Shown here: positions 63,201 to 64,000 of the stretch, piece by piece
Numbering within the stretch: position 1 is the first letter of the stretch
How the letters are laid out: the number at the start of each line of letters is the position of its first letter
NCBI GenBank assembly: GCA_964057225.1
Contig: CAXKVF010000097.1
Location: forward strand, 1-64,000
Direction of reading: 5' to 3'
Length of the DNA: 64,000 nucleotides
Source: Auanema rhodensis
Lineage: Eukaryota > Animalia > Nematoda
Translations under genes and position numbers: made by a program
The notes under the pieces: generated by a model
What the model was told of the DNA's origin: nothing
Databases searched by the model: none
What the model saw: the letters and a program-made list of their open reading frames with translations, nothing else

Positions 63201-64000
63201 AAATTTGAAAACCGCATCTCTTTATCTTTCACGTGAAGCGAGTTACATACCAAGTGCACATGACGTGTACATTTAATTAGCATAAATTAAAGTTCACGTA
63301 AATTTCAAAGTCATGGTTACCATGAAGCAATATCAATAAAAATTTGTTTTTAAACTAATATGGACATGGGGAATCTAATTTTGAAAACCGCATCTCTTTA
63401 TCTTTCACATGAAGCGAGTTACATACCAAGTGCACATCACGTGTACATTTAATTAGCATAAATTAAAGTTCACGTAAATTTCAAAGTCATGGTTACCATG
63501 AAGCAATATCAATAAAAATTTGTTTTTAGACTAATATGGACATGGGGAATCTAATTTTGAAAACCGCATCTCTTTATCTTTCACATGAAGCGAGTTACAT
63601 ACCAAGTGCACATCACGTATACATTTAATTAGCATAAATTAAAGTTCACGTAAATTTCAAAGTCATGGTTACCATGCACCAATATCAATAAAAATTTGTT
63701 TTTAGACTAATATGGACATGGGGAATCTAATTTTGAAAACCGCATCTCTTTATCTTTCACGTGAAGCGAGTTACATACCAAGTGCACATCACGTGTACAT
63801 TTAATTAGCATAAATTAAAGTTCACGTAAATTTCAAAGTCATGGTTACCATGCACCAATATCAATAAAAATTTGTTTTTAGACTAATATGGACATGGGGA
63901 ATCTAATTTTGAAAACCGCATCTCTTTATCTTTCACGTGAAGCGAGTTACATACCAAGTGCACATCACGTGTACATTTAATTAGCATAAATTAAAGTTCA
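33223..64000 (+). repeat. 176-bp satellite DNA array, about 175 highly homogeneous copies, continuing beyond the window
   Basis: Period 176 (33241 to 33417; 15 units = 2640 bp), with only scattered SNP variants. Confidence 0.99.

Noticed and set aside
27386-64000. Repeat arrays as CRISPR or structural RNA gene arrays
   Set aside because: There are no unique spacers or cas genes, the context is eukaryotic, and the units do not resemble 5S, SL, tRNA or snRNA sequences that I recognise.

Overview
This is AT-rich eukaryotic DNA with nematode (Caenorhabditis/rhabditid-like) hallmarks: TTAGGC telomeric repeats, TTTCAG splice acceptors and 39-52 nt introns. The right half (32.9-64 kb) is one 176-bp satellite array of about 175 copies. 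Its left edge is folded back and capped by 20 telomeric repeats. The left half is a gene-bearing, element-like block that the ORF track mostly misses because the genes are spliced. It contains: (i) an 11-exon gene for a CRESS-DNA-virus (circovirus-like) Rep protein with a complete SF3 helicase and a degenerate HUH domain (6234-8262); (ii) two uncharacterised gene families, A and B, each present both beside the Rep gene and at 30-32 kb, with conserved intron phases; (iii) a 4.4-kb unit repeated 3.5 times, carrying gene B, a SET-domain fragment, a GC-rich endogenised toti/victorivirus-like dsRNA-virus capsid gene and a telomeric tract read as Pro-Lys repeats; (iv) a ~3-kb palindrome with dense heat-shock-element arrays between two divergent TATA boxes that face 197-bp repeat arrays; (v) a GC hairpin plus CTAG, resembling a rolling-circle element end, abutting the telomeric tract. 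The best candidate for a new system is a telomere-associated, possibly heat-shock-responsive, CRESS-Rep-type element with its own cargo genes that has captured an RNA-virus capsid. All protein assignments come from manual splicing and motif recognition; no database searches were run.
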